From the NCBI GenBank assembly GCA_963775425.1, contig CAVZJB010000017.1, positions 96,001-160,000 of the forward strand: DNA of 64,000 nucleotides. Reading direction: 5' to 3'. This DNA is from an uncultured delta proteobacterium. GTDB taxonomy: Bacteria > Myxococcota > UBA727 > VGSZ01. This document shows, one piece after another, positions 10,001 to 21,600 of this stretch. Every line of letters starts with the position of its first letter. The stretch's first letter is position 1. The notes under the pieces were generated by a model. The model made no database searches. It saw only the letters and a program-made list of their open reading frames with translations, and was not told the origin of the DNA. A program made the position numbers and the translations under genes.

Positions 10001-12513
10001 TCACGCTGCCGCCCGACGCCGCCGTCGACGAGGGTCAGCTCCTGCAGGCCACCGTCAGCGTCACCGATCCCAACGGCGACCCGCCGCCGCCCGTCACGGC
10101 CCAGGGGCTCCCGCCCGGGGCCGCGTTCGATGGCGCGGTCTTTTCGTGGACGCCGGACTTCACCCAGGCGGGCAGCTACACCGTCACGTTCGACGCCGCC
10201 AACGGCTCCGGCTCCACGCGGCGCGACTGGCTGATCACGGTTCGCGACAAGAACCGCTCGCCCGTGGTCGACGCGCCACCGGAGCTCGCCGCGCTCGAGG
10301 GTTCCCTGTACGAGAGCCCCATCGTGGCGCACGACCCTGACGGCGACGCGCTCGCGTTCACGCTGGCGTCGGGGCCGAACGGGCTCGTCGTCTCCTCGAG
10401 CGGCCTGGTCTCGTGGACGCCCGCCTTCGCCGACGTCGGCATCCACGGCCTCACCGTCCGCATCGCCGACGGCCGCGGCGCGGTCCTCCAGCCGAGCTTC
10501 AGCATCGTGGTCGCGGCCATCGACGTCGACGATGACGGCTTGCCGGACACGTACGAGACGCAGGTCGGCCTCGACCCCACGCGCAACGACGCAGGCGAAG
10601 ACCCGGATCACGACGGCCTCGCGAACCTCGAGGAGTTCCTTCAGAACAAGGACCCCTTCGTCTCCAACGCCCCCGGCGCGCCGGTGCTCGTCGCCCCCGC
10701 CGACGGCGCCCGCAGCGACGTCGCGCGCCCCGTGTTCAGGTGGAGCCCGTCCACCGACCCTGACGGCGACCCGGTCAGCTACGAGCTGCGCGTCGCGCCC
10801 CTCGATGATCCCGCGTCGTTCGTCGTCGACGAGAGCGTGCCCGACGCCGCCGGCGAGGTGTCCTTCTCGCCCGTCGTCGGCCTCACGGAGAACACGCGCT
10901 ACACGTGGCGCGTGCGCGCCACCGACGGCGTCGGCTTCTCCGCGCCGGTGTCGCGCGTCGTGCTCATCGACACCGTGAACGAGCCGCCGCCCGCGCCGGC
11001 GCTCGTCTCACCGCCCGACGGCGCCACGGTGGCGACGCAGACACCGACCCTGCGCATCGATCCCGTCGCCGACCCCGATGACGAGCCCGTCAGCTACGTC
11101 TTCCGCTTGCGCGCGGGCGCGTTCGACCCGCCCGTGTTCGAGAGCGCTCCCGTCGACGCGCCGGCGTCGGGCACCGTCTCCTTCGTCGTGCCCGACCTCT
11201 TGCCCGACGGGACGCGGTGGTTCTGGGAGGCGCAGTCGCGCGACGCCCGTGGCCTCCTCGGGGGCGTCGGCGGCCCGGCGCTGTTCACCGTGAGCCTCAC
11301 CAACCTGGCGCCGAGCGCGCCCGTCGTCATCTCGCCCGCCGACGGCGAGATCATCAGCACGCCCGACGTCACCCTGCTGTTCGCCGAGAGCCTCGATCCC
11401 GAGGGGAGCCCCGTCACCGACGTCATTCAGGTGTCGACCGATCCGGGCTTCGATCCCGTCTCACGCGCCGACTTCGGCCCGCTGTCCGCGAGCGGCGGGG
11501 TCGTCAGCGTCGACCTCACGGGCCTCGTCGACGGCCCGGTCTTCTGGCGCGCCAGCGCGTCCGACGGGCTCGTGGTCAGCGAGCTCGTCGAGGGGAGCTT
11601 CTCCGTCGACTCCGTCGACGATCCGCCGGCGGCGCCCACCCTCGTCGCCCCCGACGACAACGCCCTGGTCGAGTCCCACGACGTGGCCACCGTGGTGAAC
11701 CTCACCGCCGACCCCGAGGGCGGACCCGTGGCTGCGCACATCGAGATCCTCGACACCGCCGACGCCGTCGTCGACTCGGTCGACGGCGTCGCCGATGAGG
11801 ACGACGGCGCCGCCGATGGACAGGCGCGTCACACCTTCACGCTCGCCGACGGCCTCTACCGCTGGCGCGCGCGCGTCGACGAGCCGGACGGCGTGGTCTC
11901 GGCGTTTTCGGCGGTGCGCACCTTCCGCGTGCAGGCCGGCAACGCGCGCCCGGGGGCGCCGGTGTTGCTCTCGCCCACGGAAGGCGAGGTCGTGACCACC
12001 GCGACGCCGACGTTGCGCTTCGAGGAGGCGGTCGACCCTGACGGCGACGCGGTGACGCACGAGGTCAGCGTGCGCGTCGACGGCGTGCTCGCGTTCGCGC
12101 AAAGCGGGCTGCAGGCGGCCGCGGGCGTCGTCGAGATCACGGTGCCGTCGCCGCTGCCGGAGGGCCCCGCGACCTGGACGGTGCGCGGCAGGGACCTCGG
12201 CGGGGCAGGCGACCCCGCGGTGGGAACGTTCACCATCGACCTCGGTGGCGCCGACGGCGGTGTGCCGGATGCCGACGCCGGCGCCGTGGACGGCGGCGAC
12301 GTGGACGCCGGCGGCGACGGCGACGGGGGCGTCGCGGACGCCGGCAGCGCGGACGCCGGCGACGGCGCCCCCGTGAGCGCCGACGTCGGCGGTGCGGCGC
12401 AGCGAGCGCCCGGCTGCGGCGGCTGCAGCGGCAGCGGCCCCGTCGACACGAGCTTCTTCGGAGCAGCGATCGTCGTGCTCGCGGCGACGGGGCGGCGGCG
12501 CCGGCGGCGCTGA
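1069..12513 (+). CDS. Giant (~3,810 aa) surface adhesin-like protein: Cys-rich head with PPC-like and CARDB-like modules, ~20 cadherin/He_PIG-like repeats, Ca-binding DxDxDG motifs, 5 Fn3/Ig-like modules, MYXO-CTERM-like anchor
   Basis: GTG at 1069 gives signal peptide MRLWSGFATFMLALPAHA; ExEPN motifs; repeats bounded by VND[AP]P and DxD; DVDDDGLPD; C-terminus GCGGCS-hydrophobic-RRRRRR. Confidence 0.9.
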   Translation: MRLWSGFATFMLALPAHALTVTTPATQTVIAGSTLSFSVSSDASTSSNVVWSIRREIKSTGIGCPLPGTGGSVVTMIGVAIAPNSPSKTATVTWPAENTAYSIGTHACFKATACVGSTCAASANFTITVNKSSSDERATARAHNTVVDVGSRGGTKVAIYGRQTSIPAGTSASKVLELALCPPGGGCSPPTLPSWITPDAGDRYGVIATPPFGTTPGLWRFRVKPPAITSEAEPNNTTTAADPITSGVNVHGSLSAIIDNNDLFFVEGVSGQTLTARELSPCPTVATTLTILASNGTTSLASRSVAAGSCGSVSATMTSSSQHFIRIHATGGTSYTLQATGPSSQPAPGSRFVDLRLIPPDESRSGRFYSSGGGLSFAEREVEASNDQVSEPVHLNRGPLRGDIDPAGDVDTLQFYTDATEPETFTVVANDAGPCPASLRLRIRENQQSGFVTLADSDAAPGACPSIHDFTAPREGAYYLEVSDDGGGTVGGYLIVRGFADDEVEPNGRVGNASPATPAESRIPRGTLATVSDVDNWEIGTNVQVGDLIASRATGVDEVCPGTMTLSLVYDNSSGSCGDVAAGVVVLDAVTGGPGTCPSFDLDTAPCSGRYLVRASNGPVDDYRLITRVFPANPPAPSVTDAGGVFSSTHALTYGTCASAGDELGIRGSAFNDVTHVAIYDETSNSSAPTCGAPNVSAARDGAGVCRFFAGQPILDGSSRGISRVYDEDGNSSILYAPEAGEFGAPGSPLLKKFHVVGMASGADPRDNADGFFVTNALSLGDTTLHYSDARGGNDMEYEITDECSTYCGMPGCNSSSATACGGKAACVVDTPYPEGSHVRFNLKRYNRNATMSLQRCTSFSDTSCGQGLLGATYTASTDTFAWDVPSNANTAQYFFRVHAQGVSTFSEPNSDFYFVVRTQNVAALLDTGADLFPSSTRIDHPENFEPGVDTRLLFTVSTPASRSLLPNDHVFVRYIVDADFHDPTRTFKVDVTNRGNQASGATSLDAFLVDPVFDASANVSYPLPPDAVPYRAIAVGGLAAGATQTVSFSLAENDLFTQGALTSRPRALYVSVERPGNEPKTAIGNNVSGPFIFDEQAGGRNRHRANDAFVEIESVTPAAPSSGDTVAVYAVAESQPCPLSPPELLRLYDDQPSTPTQATLSSEEFTLPGGGGPSGCTAGFTHVFAAAKPDNPTNTLSIRAFIDPTDVVTESDETNNQAPSTASAFPLVVQNTPPTFASSPPVATPPALDATEDQTYLYEAVRIFDPDHVDAARMTLEVVAGPVGMALGPLTVLDDGVQATLSWVPTDAQAQPGTQSVTLRGCDHDPVVGGVGACATQSFVITVKRVDDPPVITSTPPTSPPDGLVHATEDVAVSYTMTASDEEGAPLTFSVATPPPQNGGLNPMTVTPVSSTSASFTWTPGDDGVGIKTAVLKVTDGVNAVLQTVTFNVANVNDAPVAGAAAPTIATEDQPFTATMPIADADVDVSGIAQAFACTLVNAPAWVSVTTTNTVPRHCTLIGTPANADTGSNDFTVRVTDDGTPALFGDRAVSIDVANVNDAPSLGAPSSTTATQGQPFAASLDVSDADLAAPGAGETFSFALTQGPAGMTLVPGAASVTLEWTPGPGDVNPPTVPVTVQVTDAGGLSSSRSFTISVTNVNDAPVLQDPADTTITEGDSFNTTLVAVDADIAAGLDDTLTFSIVSGAPPGMTVDAATGAVALGPTDDAQVGSFTVTVRVRDAADTGTDQSFVLTVQNVEEPPVLDALTDESTDEDAPYTRTVTATDPDPGATVTYSLTSPPAGMTIDAVSGVIGYTPDNAAVGDHAITVVATDNTGRTTTAGYTLTVVNVNDAPVITSTPVTTATQDQLFTYTLTAVDIDVGDTLSLSTGSLPAWLSFNTNTGVLSGTPRNADVGSHDVTLVVSDGTVSVTQPFSISVANVNDPPVLAPIGNKAVNENASLTFSVSATDPDPGSTVTLTVTGIPPGAAFDSGSGVFTWTPTSADIGNHSVTFAASDGVLADQETINIAVGNVNDPPVLDLIPDAVVDEGVTLSFTVTASDPDGTKPTLNAVGGPGNDPLLAGATFDAGTGTLSWATDFADSGTYFVTFSASDSEFTDTEIVQITVNDVNRPPVITSTAPASSNEDAIFTYQAAGADPDGDGLSWSLTTKPTGMSVDGATGKVTWDRPRQADVGPHAVVLHVSDGRGGSADQPFTLTIANVNDAPVFTSTPPLGASEDSPYSYTAAATDEDPGTTLTFSAPVLPAWLAFDAATRALSGTPAQTDVGGNDVVLRVSDGVVDVDQAFTIAVAAVNDPPVFTAPTPSGTVNGSEGALLTFTLAAADPDSANLAFSMTGLPAGASLDASTGAFAWTPSFTDAGTRNVTLVVSDGALQDTRPLTLVIANTDRPPVVTAPATASGAEGTLISFSASGSDPDGDAVTLSLLSAPAGAAFDAATGVFSFTPDFTQSGTQTATFRATAGGLTGDATTTITVTDVNRPPVVTSTAPTNADEDALLTYTVTASDPDGDAPLTFALTVGPSNAVLGPTSPVSPTAALLSWTPTQVQVGTKQFEIRVSDGRGGVVNHDFAVVVANVNDAPVFVSAAPTAATQDVPYTYAPSVVDEDGDALAFSLPTAPVGMTVNAATGALAYAPRNADVGSHDVVLVADDGHGGSATQSFTIVVANVNDAPVFAASPAPAGAVLQDETFSFTPSVSDPDPGDTVTLGLVSPPSGMTLVNGAGNASGPLDTVTWTPTNDDVGVRTGLVLRATDPHGATTDLTFDLTVVNVNDPPFFVTAPIDAAVTEDALFAADVLADDIDLGDPLVYTLIAAPPRASIDADTGALTFTPDDADTGSASPVTFTVRAEDLAGAFVEQTARFTVTAVNNPPVLAPISDVQVQPGDTVTITLSATDPDGPVQTFIATASDGGPLPAGASLTGNVFSWLTDSGDLGVFNLTFKVSDSVAVDSQNVTVIVGDGGLPPVLTLPPDAAVDEGQLLQATVSVTDPNGDPPPPVTAQGLPPGAAFDGAVFSWTPDFTQAGSYTVTFDAANGSGSTRRDWLITVRDKNRSPVVDAPPELAALEGSLYESPIVAHDPDGDALAFTLASGPNGLVVSSSGLVSWTPAFADVGIHGLTVRIADGRGAVLQPSFSIVVAAIDVDDDGLPDTYETQVGLDPTRNDAGEDPDHDGLANLEEFLQNKDPFVSNAPGAPVLVAPADGARSDVARPVFRWSPSTDPDGDPVSYELRVAPLDDPASFVVDESVPDAAGEVSFSPVVGLTENTRYTWRVRATDGVGFSAPVSRVVLIDTVNEPPPAPALVSPPDGATVATQTPTLRIDPVADPDDEPVSYVFRLRAGAFDPPVFESAPVDAPASGTVSFVVPDLLPDGTRWFWEAQSRDARGLLGGVGGPALFTVSLTNLAPSAPVVISPADGEIISTPDVTLLFAESLDPEGSPVTDVIQVSTDPGFDPVSRADFGPLSASGGVVSVDLTGLVDGPVFWRASASDGLVVSELVEGSFSVDSVDDPPAAPTLVAPDDNALVESHDVATVVNLTADPEGGPVAAHIEILDTADAVVDSVDGVADEDDGAADGQARHTFTLADGLYRWRARVDEPDGVVSAFSAVRTFRVQAGNARPGAPVLLSPTEGEVVTTATPTLRFEEAVDPDGDAVTHEVSVRVDGVLAFAQSGLQAAAGVVEITVPSPLPEGPATWTVRGRDLGGAGDPAVGTFTIDLGGADGGVPDADAGAVDGGDVDAGGDGDGGVADAGSADAGDGAPVSADVGGAAQRAPGCGGCSGSGPVDTSFFGAAIVVLAATGRRRRRR

Positions 12514-12654
12514 CGAGAGGCCGCGTCTCGGACGCTCGCCGCGCCGGGCCCGGGTGTCCCGTGCGGGGATCACCTCGTGACCCACCCGGCTGTCTCCGGA
12601 GTTTCCCTTTTCGCTCAGGAAACTAGGCTGGGAGGCCCGTTTTCCGGAGGCTCC

Positions 12655-15600
12655 TTGAGGCCGCTGTTTCCCATTGCCATCGTCGTCGCGTCCGCCTTCG
12701 CGGGCACCCCGGCGCTGGCGCAGTCCATCACGGTGTCGAGCCCGGGCGACCAAAGCGTCATCGCCGGACAAACGCTGTCGTTCAACGTGACGTCCAACGT
12801 GAACGCCACGTGGTCGATCATCCGCAACCCGAGCATCCAGACCCGCGGCTGCGGCGGGCTCCCGCCGATCGGGTTCCTCGCGCCCGTGATCGGCGCGACC
12901 ATCTCTTCGGGCCCGAGCACCAGCGCCACCGTGACCTACGACGGCGCCTACACCGCCTACGGCATCGGCACGCAGACCTGCGTGAAGGTCACGGCGTGCG
13001 TCGGCACCACCTGCTCGAGCTCCGCCTTCTTCAACATCGTCGTCTCCAAGTCGTCGGCCGAGCACGCCACCGCGCGCGCGCACAACACCGTCGTCGACAT
13101 CGGCTCCACCAAGGGCACCAAGATCGCCGTCTACCCGCGTCAGTCGAGCGTGCTCTCCGGGGTGCTGCCGTCCACCGTCATGGAGCTCGCCTCGTGTCCG
13201 CCCGGTGCCGCCGAGTGCGCCCCACCGTCGTTGCCGTCGTGGATCACGGGCGCGAACATCACCGATCGCTACGGCGTCATCGCCAAGCCGCCGTTCGGCA
13301 CGGTCCCCGGCCTGTGGACCTTCCGCGTGAAACCGCCCTCCATCACGAGCGAGCGGGAGCCGAACGACTCGACCACCAACGCCGACCCCATCACCAACGG
13401 CGTCAACGTCACCGGCTCCGTTTCGCACAACATCCTCTTCGGTTTCGGCGACACCGACGTCTTCTTCGTCGAGGGCGTGAGCGGGCAGACCCTGACTGCG
13501 GAAGAGGTCGCCCCCTGTCCATCGCTGGCCACCACCGTGGCCATCGTCGATCGCAACGGCAACACGCTGAACACCCGCAGCGCCGCCGCCGGCGTGTGCG
13601 CCAGCGTGAGCCTCATCATGACGTCCAACGCGCAGCACTTCATCAGCGTGTCCACCTCGGGAAACGGCAACACCGACTACGTGCTGCGCGCGCGGGGGCC
13701 GGCGGGCCAACCGCCGCCGGGCTCGCGCACGGTGGACCTGCACCTCATCGGCCCCGACAACGTCCGCACCGATCGGCGGTACAACGCGGCGGGCTCCACC
13801 GATCCGTTCCCGGCCGAAGCCGAGGACGAGCCGCGCAACGACGTCTTCGCAGAAGGCGCCGTCTCGCAATTCGGCCCGGTGCGCGGCGACCTCGACCCCG
13901 CCGGCGACACCGACACGTTCCAGTTCTACGCAGACCCCCGCTTCCCATCCACCTTCGCCATCGTCGGAGACCACGGCGGACCGTGCCCGTCATCGAGCAT
14001 GCGCCTCGTCATCAAGGAGAACACCAACGGGGGCCTCGTCACGCTCGCAGACAGCGACGACCACCCCGGCGCGTGCGCGGCCATCCACGAGTTCGTCGCG
14101 CCCCACGAAGGCTCCTACTACGTCACGGTGAGCGACGACGCGAACGAGCAGGCCCCCGGCTACATGCTCGAAGACCTCGGGGACGGCGGCACCGAGCACG
14201 AGCCCAACGGCACCACGGGGACGGCGAGCTTCATCGGTGAGCCCGAGGGCGTGATGGCCATCGGTTCGCTCTCGTCCTCCTCGGACGTGGATTTCTGGTT
14301 CCTCCAGAACAAGATCCTGCCCGGCGACGTGATCGCGGCGCGCGCCACCGGCGTCGACGAGGTGTGCCCGGGCGCCATGACGCTCAGCCTGTTGTATGAC
14401 AACACCAGTGGCTCGTGCTCCGCGGTGGGCGCCGGCGTCGTCGTCATCGACACAGTCACCGGCGACGGCACGACCTGCCCGGCCTTCGATCTCGAGGTCG
14501 CCCCGTGCGCCGGCACCTACTATCTCGAAGCGTCGAACGGCCCCGTCGACGAGTACCGCATCATCGGCCGGATCTTCCCCGCGAGCCCGCCGCTCCCGGA
14601 CGTCACCGGCGACTTCGGCGAGTTCGACACGCAGACTTTCACCTACGGGACCTGCGGCGCCGGGCAGAGCCTGGCGTACTCGGGCAACACGGGCACGTTC
14701 CACAACGTCAGCCACGTCGCGCTCTACGACGAGAGCGGGGAGAGCACCACGCCGGCGTGCTCCGCCTCCACCACGGCAGCGTTCGACGGCGCCGGCATCT
14801 GCCGCTTCTTCGCAGACGAGCCGGTCGATGACGGCACGCTCGGCATCAGCTTCGTCTATGACCGTCGCGGCAGCAGCTCCATCCTCTACGCGCCGGACCT
14901 CTCACAGTTCGGGCCGGTGGGCGCGCCGCTTTTCAAGAAGTTCCACGTCGTCGGTTACGCCTCGGGCGCCGACCCGACCCGCAACGCCGACTCCAAGTAC
15001 CTGAAGAGCGTCGGCAACTTCTTCCTCTTCGCGGACACCACGCTGCACTACAGCAACGCGCGCGGCGGCAACGACCTCGAGTACCAGATGCGCCACGAGT
15101 GCAACACGTACTGCGGGCTCCCCGGCTGCGCCACGTTCTCCGACCCCTCGGACTGCGGCGGCAAGGCCGCGTGCGTCGTGGACGCGCCCTACGACGAGGG
15201 CGCGCACATCCGCTTCGACCTCTCCCGCTACAACCGCACGGCCTCCGTCACGCTCGCCCGGTGCACCGGCTTCTCGGACTCCGCCTGCACACAGCCGTTG
15301 CTCGGCGCCAGCTACGACTCGGCCACCGACGAGCTCAGGTGGGACGTGCCGAGCACCGCGGGCACCGCGCAGCAATTCTTCCGCCTGCGGGCGCAGGCGA
15401 GCGGCGATCCCACCAACGACTTCTACTTCGTCGTGAACACGCGCGACGTCCCCGCGTTCGGCCTCACCGGCTCGGACCTCTATCCGGCGTCGCTGCGCGA
15501 AGACCACCCCGAGGGCTTCCAGACCGAGGACGCCCGCTTCGTGGAGGTCGCCGGCGCGTTCGGCTTCAGCCACAACACCCCCGCGTCGCGCTCGCTCCTG

Positions 15601-18600
15601 CCCAACGACATCGTCATCGCGCGCGTCCTCGGGCTCAACGGTCTCTTCGCGCCGCCGCGAACGTTCCACGTCGACGTCAGCAACCGCGGCAACCAGGCGT
15701 CGGCGGCCACGTTCCTCGACGTCTTCGTCGTCGATCCCTTCTTCGACACCAACGGCAACCTCTCCTATCCCATCCCGCAGGACGCCGTGCCCTACACGTC
15801 CGTCGCCGTCCCGGCGATGGCGGTCGGCGCCAGCCAGAACGTGTCGTTCACCCTGGCGGAGAACGACATGTTCACCCAGGACGCCCTCACGCTCCGGCCG
15901 CGCGCGCTCCACGTCCAGGTGCGGGGCAACACCACGGAGCCGGTGAACGCCTCCGCCAACAACGTCCTCGGCCCGGTGATCTTCAGCGAGGTGGTCGGCA
16001 CCATCCGCAAGCTGGGCAACGACGTCCACGGTGAGATCGTGTCGGTGACGCCGGCGTCGCCGCACGAGGGTGACGCCGTCTCCGTCTACACCGTCGTGGA
16101 GTCCAAGCCCTGCCCCGCGTCCCCGCCGGAGGTGCTGCGCTTCTACAACGACCAGCCGTCGCCCCCCACGGGAAGCACCGCGTTCGACGAGCAGCTCACG
16201 CTGCCGGGCCTGGGCGACGGAGGTTGCACCGCCGGCTTCACGCACGTCTTCACCGCGCACAAGCCTGCCAACGCCACCGACACGCTCTCCCTGCGCGCGT
16301 TCGCCGACGCCACCAACACGGTCGCGGAGGACAACGAGACCAACAACATCATGCCGTCCACGGCGAACGCCTTTCCGTTGCCTGTGCAGAACACGCCGCC
16401 GAGCTTCCTCACCAACCCGCCCACCGCCGCCACCGAGGACATCACGTACAGCTACGACGTGCAGGTCAACGACGACGACGCCGTCGACCGCGCGCGCATG
16501 ACGCTCACGCTGCAGAGCGGCCCCGCGGGCATGGTGCTCAACACGCCGGTCCTCTTCGGAAACGGCAAGCGCGCCACCTTGTCGTGGGCACCCACCGACG
16601 CGCAGGCGGCGGCGGGCACCCAGAGCGTCACGCTGCGCACCTGCGACGGCGACCCCGTCGTCGGCGGCGCCGGCGCGTGCGTGGACCAGAGCTTCGTCAT
16701 CAACGTCACGCGCGTGAATGACCCGCCCATCATCACCTCCACGCCGCCGAACCCCGTGCTCGCCACCGAGGACGCGCTCACCAGCTACACCATGACCGCC
16801 GTGGACGAGGAGAGCGGCACGGTCACCTTCAGCATCTCCACGCCCCCGCCGCAAAACGGCGGCAGCAACCCGATGACGGTCACCACGCTGTCCCCCACGT
16901 CGGCGCGCTTCGACTGGACGCCCGGCGACGACGGCGTCGGGAGCAAGAGCGCGCAACTGCGCGTGAGCGACGGCGTCAACGCGGTCACCCAGGTCGTCAA
17001 TTTCAACGTCGCCAACGTGAACGACACCCCCGTGGTGGGCCCGGCGTCGTCGTCGGTCGGCACCGAGGACCAGCCGTTCAGCGCCACGCTCTCCATCAAC
17101 GACGCGGACGTCGACGTCTCTGCCATCGCGCAGACGTTCGTGTGCTCGCTCGTCGGCGCGCCGTCTTGGGTGTCCGTCGCCACCACCAACACCACGCCCC
17201 GCCACTGCACGCTCTCGGGCACCCCGCTGAACGCCGACACCGGCCTCAACAGCTTCACCGTCCGCGTCACCGACAACGGCTCGCCGCCGCTGCACGGCGA
17301 CCGCGCCGTGAGCATCGACGTCGCCAACGTGAACGACGCGCCTTCGCTCGGGGCGCCGTCGGCGACCAGCGCCACGCAGGGCCAGCCCTTCACCGCCACG
17401 CTCGCCGTCAGCGACGCCGACCTCAGCGCCCCCGGCGCCGGCGAGAGCTTCACCTTCTTCAAGGACCAGGGGCCCGCCGCGATGGTGCTCACCCCGGGCG
17501 CCGCCTCGGTGACGCTCACGTGGACGCCGGGGCCCGCAGACGTCAACCCGCCCACGGTACCGGTGACCATCCGCGTCCGCGACAGCGGCGGGCTCGAGAG
17601 CTCGCGCAGCTTCACCGTCTCCGTCACCAACGTGAACGATCCGCCGGTGCTGCAGGATCCGCCGGACGCGACCATCACCGAGGGCCAGTCGTTCAACGTC
17701 ACCCTCGTCGCCACCGACGCGGACATCGCCGCCGGCCTCAGCGACACGCTCACCTTCTCCATCGTCTCCGGCGCGCCTCCGGGCATGAGCATCAACAGCG
17801 CCACCGGCGCCGTCGCCCTCGGCACCACGGACGACGCCCAGGTCGGCACGTTCAACGTGAAGGTGCGCGTGCGCGACGCGGCCAACACCGGCACCGACCA
17901 GACCTTCGTCCTGACGGTGACCAACGTCGAGGAGCCGCCCGTGCTCGCGCCCCTCGGCGACGAGAGCACCGACGAGGACGCGCCCTACACGCGCACCATC
18001 AGCGCCACCGATCCCGATCCCGGCTCGAGCGTCACCTACTCGCTGACGTCGCCGCCCGCGGGCATGACCATCGGCTCCAGCTCGGGCGTCATCAACTTCA
18101 CGCCGGCCAACGCCGACGTCGGCGACCACACCATCACCGTCGTCGCCAAGGACAACACCAACCGCACCGCCACGCAGAGCTACACGCTCACCGTGATCAA
18201 CGTGAACGACGCGCCGGTCATCACGTCGACCCCGATCACCACGGGGACGCAGGACCAGCCCTACAGCTACGCTTTCACGGCGAACGACGTTGACGCGGGC
18301 GACGTGCTCACGCTCTCCGCCATCACGCTTCCGTCGTGGCTGCTGTTCAACACCAACACCGGAGTGCTCGCGGGCACGCCGCGCAACGCCGACGCGTTCG
18401 CCGCCAACAACGTCACCCTGCGCGTGAGCGACGGCACCGTGGCCGTCACGCAGTCCTTCAGCATCACCGTCGCCAACGTGAACGATCCGCCGGTGCTCGC
18501 GCCCATCGGCAACAAGGCCGTCAACGAGAACGCGAACCTCTCGTTCTCCGTCGGCGCCACCGATCCCGATCCCGGCACCACGCTCACCCTCTCCGTCACG

Positions 18601-21600
18601 GGGCTGCCCACGGGGGCGGCTTTCAACGCCGCCACGGGCGCGTTCTCATGGACCCCCTCGTCGGCCGACATCGGCAACCACAGCGTCACCTTCACCGCCA
18701 GCGACGGCGCGCTCACGGACCAGGAGACCATCAACATCGCCGTCGGCAACGTGAACGATCCGCCCGTGCTCGACGCCGTCGGCGACAAGAGCGTCAACGA
18801 GGGCGTCACGCTGTCCTTCACCGTCACGGCCAGCGACCCCGACGGCACCACCCCGACGCTCAACGCCGTCGGCGAGCCCGGCGCCGACCCGTTCCTCGCC
18901 GGCGCCACGTTCAACGCCGCAACCGGGGCGTTCTCCTGGGCCACAGACTTCACGGACAGCGGCACGTACTTCGTGACGTTCTCCGCCAGCGACAGCGAGT
19001 TCACCGACACCGAGATCGTGCAGATCACCGTCGCCGAGGTGAACCGCCCGCCGGTCATCACGTCCACGGCGCCCACCACCACCAACGAGGACGCGGTCTT
19101 CACGTACGCTGCCGCCGGCAACGACCCCGACGGCGACAGCATCTCGTGGTCGCTGACCACCAGGCCGGCCGGCATGGTCATCAACGCGAGCTCCGGCGCG
19201 GTCACCTGGGATCGCCCGCTGCAGGCCGACGTCGGCCCGCACGCGGTCACCATCCACCTCAGCGACGGCCGGGGCGGCAGCGCCGATCAGTCGTTCACGC
19301 TCACGGTCCAAAACGTCAACGACGCGCCCGTGTTCACGTCGTCGCCGCCCACGTCGGGGACCGAGGACGTCGCCTTCAGCTACACCGCCACCGCCACCGA
19401 CGAGGACCCCGGCACCACGCTCGTGTTCAGCGCCCCGACGCTGCCCGCGTGGCTCTCCTTCAACGCGTCCACCCACGTCCTGTCTGGGACGCCGCGCGAA
19501 GGCGACTCCGGCAACAACGCGGTCACGTTGCGGGTGAGCGACGGCACCGTCAACGTCGACCAGAGCTTCGTCATCGCCGTCGCGGCGGTGAACGATCCGC
19601 CGGCGTTCGTGGCCCCGACGCCGTCTGGCACCGTGAACGGCGCCGAGGGCTCGCTGCTCACCTTCACCCTCGCCGCCACCGACCCCGACAGCGCCAACCT
19701 CAGCTTCTCGATGACGGGCCTGCCCACCGGGGCAACGCTCAACGCGGCCAGCGGCGCCTTTTCGTGGACGCCGTCGTTCACCGACGCCGGCACGCGCAAC
19801 GTCACGCTCGTCGTCAGCGACGGCGCGCTGCAGGACACGCGGCCCCTCGCCATCGTCATCGCCGACACCGACCGGCCGCCGGTCATCTCGGCCCCGGCCA
19901 CGGCGTCGGGGGCCGAGGGCACGCTCATCTCGTTCAGCGTGAGCGGCTCCGATCCCGACGGCGACGCGGTGACGCTGTCGCTGGTGTCCGGCCCCACGGG
20001 CGCCACGTTCAACGCCGCCACCGGCGCCTTCTCGTTCACGCCGGACTTCAACCAGTCCGGCACCCAGACGGCCACCTTCCGCGCCACCGCCGGCGGTCTC
20101 ACGGCCGACGCCACCACCACCATCACCGTGAGCGACGTGAACCGCCCGCCGGTGGTCACGTCCACGGCGCCCACGAGCGCCAACGAAGACGCGCTCCTCA
20201 CCTATACCGTCACCGCCAGCGATCCCGACGGGGACACACCGCTCAGCTTCGCGCTCACGGTGGGTCCGTCCAACGCCACGCTCGGGCCCACGACGCCGGC
20301 GTCGCCGACGGCCGCGCTGTTGTCGTGGACGCCGGTGCAGGCGCAGGTCGGCAGCAAGCAGTTCGAGATCCGCGTGAGCGACGGCCACGGCGGTGTCGTC
20401 AACCACGACTTCACCATCGTGGTAGCCAACGTGAACGACCCGCCCGTGTTCACCTCCGTCGCGCCCACCGCCGCCACACAGGACGTGCCCTACAACTACA
20501 CGCCCACCACCTCCGACGAGGACGGCGACACGCTCTCGTTCAGCCTGACCACGGCGCCGGCGACCATGACGGTCAACGCCGCCAGCGGCGCGCTCACCTA
20601 CCTGCCGCGAAACGCGGACGTCGGAAGCCACAACGTCGCGCTCAAGGTCGACGACGGCCACGGCGGGACGGCCACCCAGAGCTTCACCGTCGTCGTCGCC
20701 AACGTGAACGACGCGCCCGTGTTCGCGGCCAACCCCGCGCCTGCCACGGCGGTGCTCCAGGACGACACCTTCACGTTCAAGCCCTCGGTGACCGACCCCG
20801 ACACCGGCGACACCGTCACGCTGAGCCTCGTGTCGCCGCCGTCGGGCATGACGCTCGTGAACGGCGCCGGAAATGCGAGCGGCCCCAAGGACACCGTCAC
20901 ATGGACGCCCGGCAACGACGACGTCGGCGACCACCCCGTCCGCGTCCGCGCCACCAATCCGCACGGCGCCACCACGGACCTCGCGTTCACGCTCACCGTG
21001 GTGAACGTCAACGACACGCCGTTCTTCGCCACCGCGCCCATCGACGCCGCCGTCACCGAGGGCGCGCTGTTCTCGGCCACCGTCGTCGCCGACGACATCG
21101 ACCTCGGCGACTCGCTCGTCTACACGCTCATCGGCAACCCGCCGCGCGCCGCCATCGATCCGGACACGGGCGCGCTCACGTTCCTGCCCGACGACCCCGA
21201 CACGGGGCCCGCGTCGCCCGTGACGTTCACCGTCCGCGTCGAAGACCTCGCCGGCGCCTTCGTCGAACAGACCGCGCGCTTCACCGTGACCGCGGTGAAC
21301 GATCCGCCGGTGCTCGCCCCCATCGCGGACGTGCAGGTGCAGCCCGGTGACACGGTCACCATCACGCTGTCCGCCACCGATCCCGACGGGCCGGTGCAGA
21401 CCTTCATCGCCACCGCGTCCGACGGCGGGCCGCTGCCCGCGGGCGCCACGCTCACCGGCAACGTGTTCACCTGGCCCACGGACGCGGGCGACCTCGGCGT
21501 CACGGAGCTCACGTTCAAGGTGTCGGACTCCATCACCGTCGACACGCAGAACGTCACCATCATCGTCGGCGACGGCGGCCTGCCGCCGGTGCTCACGCTC

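Noticed and set aside
4760-10520. Adhesin repeats as DGR or shufflon substrates
   Set aside because: No reverse transcriptase, recombinase or adenine-specific template/variable repeat pair seen
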